Below are positions 6,959-15,511 of a stretch of DNA of 20,084 nucleotides, piece after piece; positions within the stretch are counted from its first letter, which is position 1; each line of letters opens with the position of its first letter. The notes below the pieces were generated by a model, which saw only the letters and a list, made by a program, of their open reading frames with translations, had not been told where the DNA came from and searched no databases. Location of the stretch: the NCBI GenBank assembly GCA_044869275.1, contig JBIOXB010000191.1:1-20084 (forward strand), given 5' to 3'. This stretch comes from a bacterium (lineage in GTDB: Bacteria > Zhuqueibacterota > Zhuqueibacteria > Zhuqueibacterales > Zhuqueibacteraceae). The position numbers and the translations under genes were made by a program.

Positions 6959-7993
6959 TTATATCCGAATCCCCGGCCAGGTGCTGATCGGTTCCGTCGA
7001 GCGCACGACGTGCATGCCCGCCTCGGCGAATTTCTGAAATGCAGCCTCGGCTTGTTCGGAGTAATCGATCACGCCGGGCACGACCACGGGTGAGGTGCAA
7101 TCTTCCAGCAGATAAACTTTTTGCGCGAGCTTGCGATCGGTGATCACCATTTCGTTCAACAGATCGTCGATCGTCCAGGCCACACAGTGGCTCTTGGCCT
7201 GGCCGGCGATAATGACGGCGTCGTATTCCAGCAGCTTGCTGATCAGGTGGGCATTCTTATACGCCAGCGCCTTGCCGGAGGCGCCCGCCAGCACTTCCGG
7301 TCGCAATACGGAATAGTTTTCTGTGAGCGGATTATTGCCTTTGACTTGAAAATCCGGCTGACTCAGGCGCGCGACGCTGTGAAAGAAAAGCGCTTCTTCC
7401 ACCGCTGAAACCAGGGCGTGGCCGATGCCGCCGAGCATGGCGTGATAAGGCCAAATGGTGAGCTCGTATTTGCCCCCGGCTTGCAACGCCGCGGCATAAT
7501 GCAGCAAGTGCTCCTGCCCGGCACGCACTTCGAGGTGCAGATTGCCGGCTACGGCGGGATTGAATCGCCATTTGCCTTTCTGAACATCTTCCAAGGAAAT
7601 CAGCGTGTAAGGCGCGGGATGCTCGCCCTCGGGATTCACCAAAAAAATCGCATGAAAGATTTGCATGGCTTGGTGTGTATCCAGCGTCGGGCACATCTCG
7701 GTAATGACACGAAGGTTGCGATAAATGAACTCGCACAAGCGGCGATTGTCCTCCACTGCGCCCGTGCCCGAGCGGCCGCCGACGTATAATTCAAAACCCG
7801 GAATACAGAACGTGTTTTGGACATCGACGGGCAGTAAACAGATGCGAAAACGATCACGAGAAGCCGGCGCCACGCCGTGCTCCTTGGCCCAGGCTTCGGC
7901 CTGTTCCGCGCGCTGCTGATAGGGCACGCGCCAAACTTCGCCGGTTTTTTTGGCGTCGAAATGCGGCGGTAGCGGTAGCTCGGCATGGGACAT
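6959..7993 (-). CDS. Isochorismatase/nicotinamidase-like cysteine hydrolase (long form, 344 aa)
   Basis: [34 protein letters not shown] and LLEDCTSPV give an Asp-Lys-Cys triad plus Asp/His/His metal ligands. ATG 7993 lies 2 nt after the upstream stop; neighbour of pncB. Confidence 0.85.
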   Translation of the reverse strand: MSHAELPLPPHFDAKKTGEVWRVPYQQRAEQAEAWAKEHGVAPASRDRFRICLLPVDVQNTFCIPGFELYVGGRSGTGAVEDNRRLCEFIYRNLRVITEMCPTLDTHQAMQIFHAIFLVNPEGEHPAPYTLISLEDVQKGKWRFNPAVAGNLHLEVRAGQEHLLHYAAALQAGGKYELTIWPYHAMLGGIGHALVSAVEEALFFHSVARLSQPDFQVKGNNPLTENYSVLRPEVLAGASGKALAYKNAHLISKLLEYDAVIIAGQAKSHCVAWTIDDLLNEMVITDRKLAQKVYLLEDCTSPVVVPGVIDYSEQAEAAFQKFAEAGMHVVRSTEPISTWPGIRI

Positions 7994-7995
7994 TT

Positions 7996-10248
7996 TTAAT
8001 TCTCTTTCGCGATCATCGTGGTGGCGCCGTCGATCTCCTCCGCAAAGCGCGCGATCGTTTGGGCCACCACTTCCATTTGCTCGCTGGCTTCCTTCCAATC
8101 ACGCTGTTCGATGGCCTCACGTACGGCCGGCAAAGTTTTTACGCCGTAGCCGGTATAAAATCCGGGCGCATAGATTTGATGTTTGAACCACGGCCGCCGC
8201 GGCAGGCCCTGCTCGCGTGTCAGGCTGCGCTCTGCTTGCATGAGCGCTCGGTTTAGCGTGCGTTTCGTTTCGGTTGAGAGCGTTCTGCCATTCGTAGAGA
8301 CATGCTCGGCGGCGTGCTCATACTCGCGAGCACTGCGCTGCAGTTTTTCCACGGCGTTTTGCAACGGCGCAAAATTGAGAAACGGCACGGGCTCTTGTGC
8401 TGCCGGCGCGACAAAAGGCTGGGAGGGATCGGCTGCCACCTCGAAAATCCCGTCCCGCAAGCTGCGATTTCTCTCTTCAGTTTCTTTCCTCATATCCTCT
8501 GCAAGTTTCATGACCTCGCCGGCATAGCGCGCCACGGTTTCGGCAAAGCTGGTAAACGCAAAAGGCAGAATTTCGGCGCTGGCTAGACGAAGCACGAGAC
8601 GCCCGGCGGTTTGCGCCAGCGCGATGCCATAGTCGAAATTCGGATCACCAAAGCGGCGATAATGATCGAATGAATCATAGACGGAATGATACGAGCCGCC
8701 GTCGTTCTCGCCGCCGTAGCCGAGATTGAGCGCCGCAATGCCGAGATGCTGCAAGAAAGGCGTGTAATCCGAGCCGGAGCCCAACGCCGCCAGGCGCAGA
8801 TCTTTGCGCTCCCGCGCTTCTTTGCGCTCGTCGCCGCTGCTCTTGACAATTCGCCTGGCGCGCAGCCGTTCTGCTACGCTGATTTTCTTTTGCGGATCAA
8901 TCACCTCGCGTGCTATTTCATTGACCAATTGTTCCAGCGAGTGCGAACCGCCCATGCCGAGAAAGCCACGGCCATTGGAATCCGAATTGATGTAGACCAC
9001 GGCCTTTTGCTTCAATTCGTCCGCATGAGCCTCAGCCCATTCTGTCGAGCCGAGCAGGCCCGGCTCTTCCGCGTCCCACGCACAATAAACCATCGTGCGT
9101 TTGGGTTGCCAGCCGGCTTTTACCAGCTCGGCCAGGCCGCGTGCTTCCTCCATCAGCGCCACCATGCCGCTGACCGGGTCCTGGGCGCCGTTGACCCAGG
9201 CGTCGTGATGATTGCCGCGGATGATCCATTGGTCCGGCTCCTCTTTGCCTTTCATCGTTGCGATGACGTTGTACACCGCTACGATATCCCAATTGAATTC
9301 GAGCTTGAGATGAACAGTTGCCGGACCGGGGCCGAGTTGATAAGTGACGGGCAATGCGCCGCGCCAGGCCTCCGGCGCGACCGGACCGTCCATGGCGCGC
9401 AAGAGCGGCAAAGCATCGCCGTACGAAATCGGCATGACGGGAATCTTGGTAAGCGTAGGGGCGTCTTTGATCGCGTAGCGCTTTGCTTCTTTCGTCGCGC
9501 CCACACCAGGCGTCAGCGGATCGCCGGGATACAGCGGCATGTCGGCGACCGAGCCGCGTTGTGCGCCATGCTCGCCGCGATATGCACCTTGGGGGTAAAC
9601 GTCGCCTTCAAAATAACCATCATCGCGCGGATCGGAATAAATGATACAGCCGATCGCGCCGTGTTCCGCTGCCACTTTCGGCTTGATGCCGCGCCACGAG
9701 CCGCCGTAGCGCGCGATGACGATTTTGCCTTTTACCGCAATGCCGTGCCCGGCCAATTCTTCGTAATCTTTCGGCACGCCGTAATTCACATAGACGAGCT
9801 CACCGGTCACTTCGCCATCGATGGAATAGGCATTGTAAACGGGCAATTGCTCGTTTTGTTGATGGGAAGTCGCATCTTCCTTGAGCGCCGGCTCCACCAG
9901 CCGGGCTTTGAATTTCGCCGGCGCGATCATCTCCAGCGCTCGTGTTTTCGGCGTCGGGAAGAGCACATGAAATTCTTCGAGCCTGGCCTCATAACCCCAG
10001 GATTGGAATTGCGCGGCCATGAACTCGGCATTGGCCTTGCCGTAGGCCGAACCGGCATGATGAGGCCGCGCCGACAGGTGCTGCATCCATGCGCGCAAAT
10101 TTTCGCGCTTGAGGAGGGAATCGAATTGCGTTTCGAGGCTGTGCCCTGCTGCAGCATGCACATTGGGCGGCTGCTGCGAAAAAGAGAGTGTAGGCAGCAG
10201 GAGAGAAATGATGATGGCAAGCGACGCACTACTGCGGAAGTCTTGCAT
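7996..10248 (-). CDS. Secreted M28 family peptidase, glutamate carboxypeptidase II-like (PA domain plus transferrin-receptor-like dimerisation domain)
   Basis: Signal peptide; [62 protein letters not shown] and [16 protein letters not shown]. Confidence 0.93.
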   Translation of the reverse strand: MQDFRSSASLAIIISLLLPTLSFSQQPPNVHAAAGHSLETQFDSLLKRENLRAWMQHLSARPHHAGSAYGKANAEFMAAQFQSWGYEARLEEFHVLFPTPKTRALEMIAPAKFKARLVEPALKEDATSHQQNEQLPVYNAYSIDGEVTGELVYVNYGVPKDYEELAGHGIAVKGKIVIARYGGSWRGIKPKVAAEHGAIGCIIYSDPRDDGYFEGDVYPQGAYRGEHGAQRGSVADMPLYPGDPLTPGVGATKEAKRYAIKDAPTLTKIPVMPISYGDALPLLRAMDGPVAPEAWRGALPVTYQLGPGPATVHLKLEFNWDIVAVYNVIATMKGKEEPDQWIIRGNHHDAWVNGAQDPVSGMVALMEEARGLAELVKAGWQPKRTMVYCAWDAEEPGLLGSTEWAEAHADELKQKAVVYINSDSNGRGFLGMGGSHSLEQLVNEIAREVIDPQKKISVAERLRARRIVKSSGDERKEARERKDLRLAALGSGSDYTPFLQHLGIAALNLGYGGENDGGSYHSVYDSFDHYRRFGDPNFDYGIALAQTAGRLVLRLASAEILPFAFTSFAETVARYAGEVMKLAEDMRKETEERNRSLRDGIFEVAADPSQPFVAPAAQEPVPFLNFAPLQNAVEKLQRSAREYEHAAEHVSTNGRTLSTETKRTLNRALMQAERSLTREQGLPRRPWFKHQIYAPGFYTGYGVKTLPAVREAIEQRDWKEASEQMEVVAQTIARFAEEIDGATTMIAKEN

Positions 10249-10315
10249 GCTACTTTCCCCGTTTGTTGATCAGGATTCGTGAGTTACAACGATTGACCAG
10301 CCAAAAAAATCAGCC

Positions 10316-10344
10316 TTGTACACGGCAAGCAATGTGCGTATATT
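10316..10344 (+). promoter_or_regulatory. Candidate sigma70 promoter for the small gene/nucleotidyltransferase pair
   Basis: TTGTAC-17 nt-TATATT, about 40 nt upstream of ATG 10386. Confidence 0.55.
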
Positions 10345-10385
10345 CTCGTCAATAAACAAGTTTGATGATTTGAGAAAGCGCAATT

Positions 10386-10595
10386 ATGCCATTTCAACCT
10401 CGAGTTCTTCACGGTTTCGAGCACGAAACCATGGAAGCGAAAATTCGTGGCTTCCTACAATTCACCGCCGGTGAGCGGTTCGAACAGATGGTTGCCGCAA
10501 TCGAGTTTGCTCTATTGGCGCAAAAATCCCTGAAAGAACAACATGCTCGAAAGATATCTCGACCTGCTGACGGCATTTCACGAAGCGAAGATTAG
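10386..10595 (+). CDS. Small hypothetical protein, partner of the downstream nucleotidyltransferase
   Basis: 69 aa with its own promoter candidate, overlaps the next gene by 53 nt. ETMEAKIRGFLQFTAGERFEQM resembles small ORFs I recall upstream of this NTase class. Confidence 0.6.
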   Translation: MPFQPRVLHGFEHETMEAKIRGFLQFTAGERFEQMVAAIEFALLAQKSLKEQHARKISRPADGISRSED

Positions 10596-10995
10596 ATATC
10601 TCATCATTGGCGGCTTCGCCGCCATCATGCACGGCATTCCTCGCTTCACAAAAGATTTGGACCTTGCCATTCTTCCGGAATTGCGGACTTGCCAAGCTAT
10701 TTTGGAAGTTTTAAAAAACTTGCATTTCGGTACGGCCTATCTCACCACCGCTGAAGATTTGGCAAAAACCAAAATCACCATTTTTGAAGATTATTTGCGC
10801 ATCGATATTCTAACCGAAGTCAAAGGCTTAGATTTTGAAGCTGCTTGGGAACGACGCGAAGTTGCTTACGTCAAAGATAATCCTGTGAATTTAGTCTGTC
10901 TTGACGATTTGATCGCTCTAAAACATGCGGCAGGTCGCAAAATTGATCTTGAAGATGCGGAATATCTTGAAAAAATCCGGGACGGCAAAATTTGA
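10543..10995 (+). CDS. Minimal nucleotidyltransferase (DUF6036 / AbiEii-like Pol-beta superfamily)
   Basis: YLIIGGFAAIMHGIPRFTKDLDL (GG...T.D.D), RIDIL and LDDLIALKHAAGRKIDLED. Confidence 0.88.
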   Translation: MLERYLDLLTAFHEAKIRYLIIGGFAAIMHGIPRFTKDLDLAILPELRTCQAILEVLKNLHFGTAYLTTAEDLAKTKITIFEDYLRIDILTEVKGLDFEAAWERREVAYVKDNPVNLVCLDDLIALKHAAGRKIDLEDAEYLEKIRDGKI

Positions 10996-11072
10996 TAGTT
11001 GTTTCACAATAAATTAAACCGTCCTTGAGGCTCGCATAAATCAAAATTTCTTCCTGTTCTCCTCCCATTAAG

Positions 11073-11984
11073 CTAGGAGGTTTTCAATCCCAAAAAATTC
11101 TGCACCACATATCCCGCAATTTCCGGATTTTCCTGCAACCGGCGCACGGAATAAGCATACCACTGTTTGCCGTAAGGGACATACACGCGCAAGCGATGGC
11201 CGGAGTTGACGATGAAATTACGCAATTCTTCGTCGACGCCCAACAGCATTTGAAATTCATACGTGTTTTTGGGCAGCTTCAATTCATCGACCAGGCGCAC
11301 ACCGTCCCACACCAGGCGTTCGTCGTGGGTAGCGATGCCGACGTACGCGCCGCGGCGCAGCAGTTCGGTGAGCAGAAAGGTGAAATTTTTGTTGATCAGC
11401 TCGCGGTTCTTAAAGGCAATACTGCGCGGTTCGACATAGATGCCTTTGCACAGGCGCAAATTGGTGGGCGTGCCGTTGGTCATTAACTGGCGAATATCCA
11501 AAATCGCGCGCCGCATGTAAGCTTGAATGACCGTGCCTACGTTGTGGAATTCCCGGCGCAGCAGATCGTAAATGCGCAGCGTGTCCGAAGTGCAGGAAGA
11601 ATCCTCCATGTCGATACGCACGAAATTGCCCAATTCCTGCGCGCGCGCCACCACCCGCTTCACATTGTCCAGGCAAAAATTGAAATCCAATTTCAAGCCG
11701 AACGCGGTGAGCTTGATCGAGATGTTGCTGTCCAGTTTTTCCCGAGCAATCGTCTCTAAAGCTAGAACATATTCATCGGCGGTGGCCTTAGCTTCTTCGC
11801 GCAGCGTGATAAATTCGCCTAAAACGTCAAGCGTGGCCATCATGCCGCGCTGGTTCAATGCGCGCACGGTGCGTACCGCGTCTTCAATCTTGTCGCCGGC
11901 AATATAGCGGCTCGAGAAGCGCCGCACCAACGGCTTGGGCACCAGCGGCAAGGTCGCCACCACCAGCCGGTTCAGCCAATCCAA
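11073..11984 (-). CDS. Monofunctional proline dehydrogenase
   Basis: RYIAG, TLDVLGE, ISIKLT, VRIDMED, VIQAY, LRLCKGIY, IATHD, FQMLLG and RVYVPYG..WYAYSVRRLQE. TTG start at 11984 after GGAGAAGGA; the longer ORF start runs through a repeat. Confidence 0.93.
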   Translation of the reverse strand: MDWLNRLVVATLPLVPKPLVRRFSSRYIAGDKIEDAVRTVRALNQRGMMATLDVLGEFITLREEAKATADEYVLALETIAREKLDSNISIKLTAFGLKLDFNFCLDNVKRVVARAQELGNFVRIDMEDSSCTSDTLRIYDLLRREFHNVGTVIQAYMRRAILDIRQLMTNGTPTNLRLCKGIYVEPRSIAFKNRELINKNFTFLLTELLRRGAYVGIATHDERLVWDGVRLVDELKLPKNTYEFQMLLGVDEELRNFIVNSGHRLRVYVPYGKQWYAYSVRRLQENPEIAGYVVQNFLGLKTS

Positions 11985-12015
11985 TGTTCCTTCTCCCTTC
12001 CGTGTGCTGATGAAA

Positions 12016-12157
12016 CGTGGATCGTAGATGGTGGATCGTGGGTTGTGCATCGACAAAAGAAAATCGAGGGTCGAAAGAGCGGCCGTAACTTGTCTGCCAC
12101 CGTTCTATGCAACGATCCACGATCCACCATCCACGATCTTCTATCCTCTATCTTCTA
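12016..12157. repeat. Inverted pair of 7-nt tandem repeat arms (CGTGGAT / ATCCACG)
   Basis: Left: cgtggat cgtagat ggtggat cgtgggt tgtgcat (12016-12050). Right: atgcaacg atccacg atccacc atccacg atcttct atcctct atcttct (12107-12156), overlapping the upstream gene's stop codon. Confidence 0.88.
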
Positions 12158-13138
12158 CCGCCGATGCCTCCCCCACACCTCTTGATTCACCAAATTCGGC
12201 GGTTTCTCGCCGCGCAGGCCGGCGAGCAGATTGTTCGCGGCCATGCTGGCCATGTTGGAGCGTGTCGCGATGGTCGCGCTCGCGGTGTGCGGCGTCAGCA
12301 CCAGGTTCTCGAGCTCCAACAAGGCGGGGTGAACCGCCGGCTCGTTTTCAAATACATCCAACGCTGCGCCGGCAATGAGGTTGTGGCGCAGGGCTTCGGC
12401 CAGGGCCGCTTCATCCACCACCGGCCCGCGGCTGGTATTGATCACATAGGCCGTGCGTTTCATCTTCTTCAAAGTTTCGGCATTGATCAAATGCTTCGTG
12501 CTTGGCAACAGCGGGACATGCAAAGAAATGAAATCCGCTTCCCGCAACAGTTCGTCGAGGAGCACGCGGCGTGCGCCGACTTCCTTTTCCAAAACCGGAT
12601 TGGCGACTGCATCGGTGTATAACACACGCATATTGAAGCCGCGGCTGCGCAGCGCCATATGATGGCCGATGCGGCCCGCGCCCACAACGCCGAGCGTTCT
12701 GCCGGTGATATCGCCGCCCAGAAACATCAGCGGCCCCCAGCCCTTGAATTTTCCCGCGCGCAGAAATTTTTCCGATTCCGGAATGCGGCGCGCGACGGCG
12801 AACAGCAGAGCCCAGGCGTGATCGGCAGTCGCATCGGTGAGGACCCCGGGCGTGTTCGTGATCAGCACGCCTCGCTCAGTGGCCGCGGGCAAATCGATAT
12901 TGTCAAAACCAACGGCATGATTGGCGACGATTTTGAGCTGCGGCCCGGCAGCGTCGAGCAATTCGCCGTCGATTTGGTCGGTCAATAGCGAAAGCAAGCC
13001 CTCGCGGCCCTTTACTTTTGCCAACAGCTCCCGCCGGGTGAGCACACGATCGTCGGTGTTCATTTCAAAGTTGGGATAAGTTTGACGAAGAAGGTCCAGG
13101 CCGGCTTCAGGAATGGGGCGGGTGACGTAGATTTTCAT
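12155..13138 (-). CDS. D-isomer-specific 2-hydroxyacid dehydrogenase (glyoxylate reductase / D-glycerate dehydrogenase)
   Basis: MKIYVTRPIP, AVGFDNID, TNTPGVLTDATAD, GAGRIG, INTSRGPVVDE, LDVFENEP and LTPHTAS. Confidence 0.93.
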   Translation of the reverse strand: MKIYVTRPIPEAGLDLLRQTYPNFEMNTDDRVLTRRELLAKVKGREGLLSLLTDQIDGELLDAAGPQLKIVANHAVGFDNIDLPAATERGVLITNTPGVLTDATADHAWALLFAVARRIPESEKFLRAGKFKGWGPLMFLGGDITGRTLGVVGAGRIGHHMALRSRGFNMRVLYTDAVANPVLEKEVGARRVLLDELLREADFISLHVPLLPSTKHLINAETLKKMKRTAYVINTSRGPVVDEAALAEALRHNLIAGAALDVFENEPAVHPALLELENLVLTPHTASATIATRSNMASMAANNLLAGLRGEKPPNLVNQEVWGRHRR

Positions 13139-13171
13139 GGCGCGCTTTCCGAAGGTTTGGGGCGGCACTCG

Positions 13172-13247
13172 ACACCGAGACCCAGAGCGCACGCAACAAA
13201 CGCCGCAGGCAGATTTTGCCTGCCCCGTGAACTCTGAGTCTCGGTGT
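13172..13247. repeat. Intergenic inverted repeat with internal hairpin
   Basis: ACACCGAGACCCAGAG (13172-13187) / CTCTGAGTCTCGGTGT (13232-13247), 15/16 complementary; inner GCAGGCA-GATTT-TGCCTGC (13205-13223). Confidence 0.8.
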
Positions 13248-13286
13248 TAGCGGCAACTTGAGGGTGGGCTGAACACCGGTGTGTTT

Positions 13287-13727
13287 TCAAGCGGCCACGC
13301 GCACCAGGCGCAAATGATCCATGTATATGCAATGGTCCTGCACGACCTTGATGCCAGCCATGGCCAGCCGGTGTGCCGCTTCTTGCTCGCGAATGCCGGT
13401 TTGCATCCAGAACACTTTGGGTTTCAATTTCAAGGCGAGCAGCGCGTGATCCATCACGTTTCTGGGCGCGCGGAATATTTGCACGATGTCAACAGATTCG
13501 TGAACATCTTCCAGCGAAGCAACCGAGGGAATGCCGAAAACCGAAGGATAGATCGGGGTCACGGGAATTATGTTGTAACCGCGAGAATACAAATAAGCGG
13601 GGACGCTGTGCGCAGCTTCATGCGGGCGAGACTCATCTTTGATGCCGACAACGGCGATGGTGTGGCTGCTCTTCAGTATGTAGCGAATCGCTTCGTCGTT
13701 GTCGACCAGATTGCCATGCCAATCCAT
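13287..13727 (-). CDS. CoA-binding protein (YccU-like, CoA_binding_2)
   Basis: IAVVGI, YLYSRGYNIIPV, VDIVQIFR, VFWMQTGI and AGIKVVQDHC; RBS AGGAGG. Confidence 0.92.
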   Translation of the reverse strand: MDWHGNLVDNDEAIRYILKSSHTIAVVGIKDESRPHEAAHSVPAYLYSRGYNIIPVTPIYPSVFGIPSVASLEDVHESVDIVQIFRAPRNVMDHALLALKLKPKVFWMQTGIREQEAAHRLAMAGIKVVQDHCIYMDHLRLVRVAA

Positions 13728-13837
13728 TGTTGCCTCCTGATGGTTTTAGATCAGTTTGCTGCTGCTGTCGCGGATTGTTCCAATCCATAAGACTGCGATT
13801 ACGGCTGGATTTTCCTATCAAGCTGCGTCCTAAAGCG

Positions 13838-13889
13838 CAAGGGCCTGATCCAGACACCTCGGTGCGAGGAGGTGCGAGTCAGGCCCTTG
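13838..13889. other. Strong intergenic hairpin, core of a possible longer structured RNA
   Basis: CAAGGGCCTGA / TCAGGCCCTTG perfect 11 bp, plus inner CACCTC / GAGGTG. Confidence 0.6.
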
Positions 13890-13952
13890 TTGGTTGGTAG
13901 ATCCTGTGGCGCGCGACGCTCGCATGGGCGAACGCCGCTGCAGGTATATGCT

Positions 13953-14300
13953 TTATTTGCATTCAAGAAACTCCTTGAGAAGCTCGGCATTGTTCCTTTC
14001 GGCATCCGAGGTGCCGTACAGCAAGGTGATCACACCGCTGCGGGCTTTCTGCTTGAGTTCGTCAAGTGCACGGCGCTTGTCCGTGGCTTGCAATTCCTCC
14101 CGATACCGTCGCCGGTATTCCTCCCATTTGGTTAAATCGTAATGGTGCCGCCAGAGCTCGTAGGACGGCGCGAGGTCTTGCTGCCAATGGGCGACCGCGG
14201 CGCCGCGGGTGGTGAGGCCTTCCGGCCACAAAACATCGACATAGACGCGCTCGCCGTCTTCGGGATGGGGGGGAACATAAATGCTCTTTGCTTTGATCAT
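13953..14300 (-). CDS. DUF488 family protein (YeaO-like)
   Basis: IKAKSIY...EDGERVYVDVLWPEGL...W...LAPSYEL...WEEYRRRYREEL...ITLLYG...NNA..LKEFL; start at ATG 14300 or TTG 14312. Confidence 0.88.
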   Translation of the reverse strand: MIKAKSIYVPPHPEDGERVYVDVLWPEGLTTRGAAVAHWQQDLAPSYELWRHHYDLTKWEEYRRRYREELQATDKRRALDELKQKARSGVITLLYGTSDAERNNAELLKEFLECK

Positions 14301-14338
14301 GCGCTTCGACAACTTGCGAGCTCACTGGCCAGGGCAGG

Positions 14339-14374
14339 AAAAGAAAAAGGAAGCCATTGTCACTGACGGCTTCC
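14339..14374 (-). terminator. Intrinsic terminator between ferredoxin and DUF488 genes
   Basis: Minus strand GGAAGCC-GTCAGTGACAAT-GGCTTCC followed by TTTTTCTTTT. Confidence 0.7.
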
Positions 14375-14522
14375 CATGTGTTCTTGTTTTCAGCTTGGTG
14401 CTTGTCCGCGAACCTGCGCCATGTGCATCCATCCAAGATTTATGCTAACTTTGCATCACCAGATCGAGAGCATGTATGAAGATCGGGGAAAAAGTTGGCT
14501 CGCCTGCCCAGGTCAAAAAGCT

Positions 14523-14801
14523 TCAGCGGCTCACGCCGAAGGCTTTATAATTATAGTCGATGTATTCCGCCCATTTTGCCGGCGTTTCGCTTTCGGCAAA
14601 AATGGCGACCGGCGGGCATTCCGGCTCGCAAGCGCCGCAATCGATACATTCTTGCGGATGAATGTAGAGCATCATTTTGTATGCGGGGTCGCCTTCCTTG
14701 AGTTGCGTCGCTTCAAGTTCATAAATGCAGTCCACCGGGCACACATCCACGCACGCGCGGTCACGCACATCCACACAAGGCTCAGCGATGATGTAAGTCA
14801 T
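14523..14801 (-). CDS. fdxA: 7Fe-type ([3Fe-4S]+[4Fe-4S]) ferredoxin, FdxA family
   Basis: [28 protein letters not shown]...[27 protein letters not shown] before ATG 14801. Confidence 0.92.
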   Translation of the reverse strand: MTYIIAEPCVDVRDRACVDVCPVDCIYELEATQLKEGDPAYKMMLYIHPQECIDCGACEPECPPVAIFAESETPAKWAEYIDYNYKAFGVSR

Positions 14802-14874
14802 ATTGCCTCCCGACACTCCGTAAAATCGAACCAGTTGAGGGATTCTTCGGCTTAAGGAACCACAGAACGCGCGC

Positions 14875-14903
14875 AATATACTAAAAGTGGTTTTGCCGCG
14901 CAA
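14875..14903 (-). promoter_or_regulatory. Candidate sigma70 promoter for ferredoxin
   Basis: TTGCGC-17 nt-TATATT on the minus strand in the divergent AT-rich gap. Confidence 0.55.
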
Positions 14904-15058
14904 CGATTATTTTGCAAAATCCGATTTCCGCCAGTTATTTTTTTATTGAAATTGTAAAAAATCCCGTTATCATACTCCTTTGTGGCAGGGCGGACAGGCG
15001 GTCTTGACGTTGACCAGGCTGCCCCCGCTTCCGGCCTGCGATAAACCACAAATGGAAA

Positions 15059-15493
15059 ATGCCCATGACGCGACGCGGATTTTTTGAAAAGCTCGTCGCC
15101 GCCTTGTTTGGAACCAGCGGCCTGGCATTTTTGGCGGCGGCACTGGCGTATCTCTTTCCCAATAAGAACTTTGCCTCCGGCACGCGCGAATTTGTAGACG
15201 CCAACGGCCGGACCATTTCCGCCGACGAAATCCAGGAAGGTGAGCACCGCACCGGTCTCATCCTGGGCTCACCCGTGATTTTGTTGCGTCGCAGCGGAGA
15301 ATTGGCGGCTTTTTCCGCGGTTTGTACGCACCTGGGTTGCACCGTAGCCTTTTTTCCGGAAGACGAGGTGTTCGAATGCCCCTGTCACGGCGGCGAGTAC
15401 GATATTGACGGCAAGGTGCTTCATGGCCCACCCCCCCGGCCGCTCCCCAGACTGAACGTGAAGGTTGAAAACGGAAAGGTGATGCTGGCTTGA
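15059..15493 (+). CDS. Rieske iron-sulfur subunit of a Rieske/cytochrome b complex
   Basis: Tat motif TRRGFF plus TM anchor; boxes CTHLGC and CPCHGG; GPPPRPL. Start at 15059 or 15065. Confidence 0.93.
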   Translation: MPMTRRGFFEKLVAALFGTSGLAFLAAALAYLFPNKNFASGTREFVDANGRTISADEIQEGEHRTGLILGSPVILLRRSGELAAFSAVCTHLGCTVAFFPEDEVFECPCHGGEYDIDGKVLHGPPPRPLPRLNVKVENGKVMLA

Positions 15494-15511
15494 ATCTCCT
15501 AAGTCGTGAAA

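Noticed and set aside
8686..10269. 527-aa plus-strand ORF
   Set aside because: Antisense shadow of the M28 peptidase; no family features.
11985..12056. N-terminal extension of proline dehydrogenase (likewise those of cyt b 15525-15653 and the ATPase 18003-18128)
   Set aside because: These extensions translate intergenic repeats; family similarity starts downstream.
12016..12157. Repeat arrays as CRISPR
   Set aside because: Units are 7-9 nt and contiguous, with no unique spacers and no cas genes.
13633..13788. Second ATGGATTGG upstream of the CoA-binding gene as a leader peptide or duplication
   Set aside because: Only a 9-nt match, out of frame and without an RBS; compatible with chance.
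13870..13900. GTCAGGCCC as SRP RNA domain IV
   Set aside because: The required GGAA loop and AGCAG motif do not follow.
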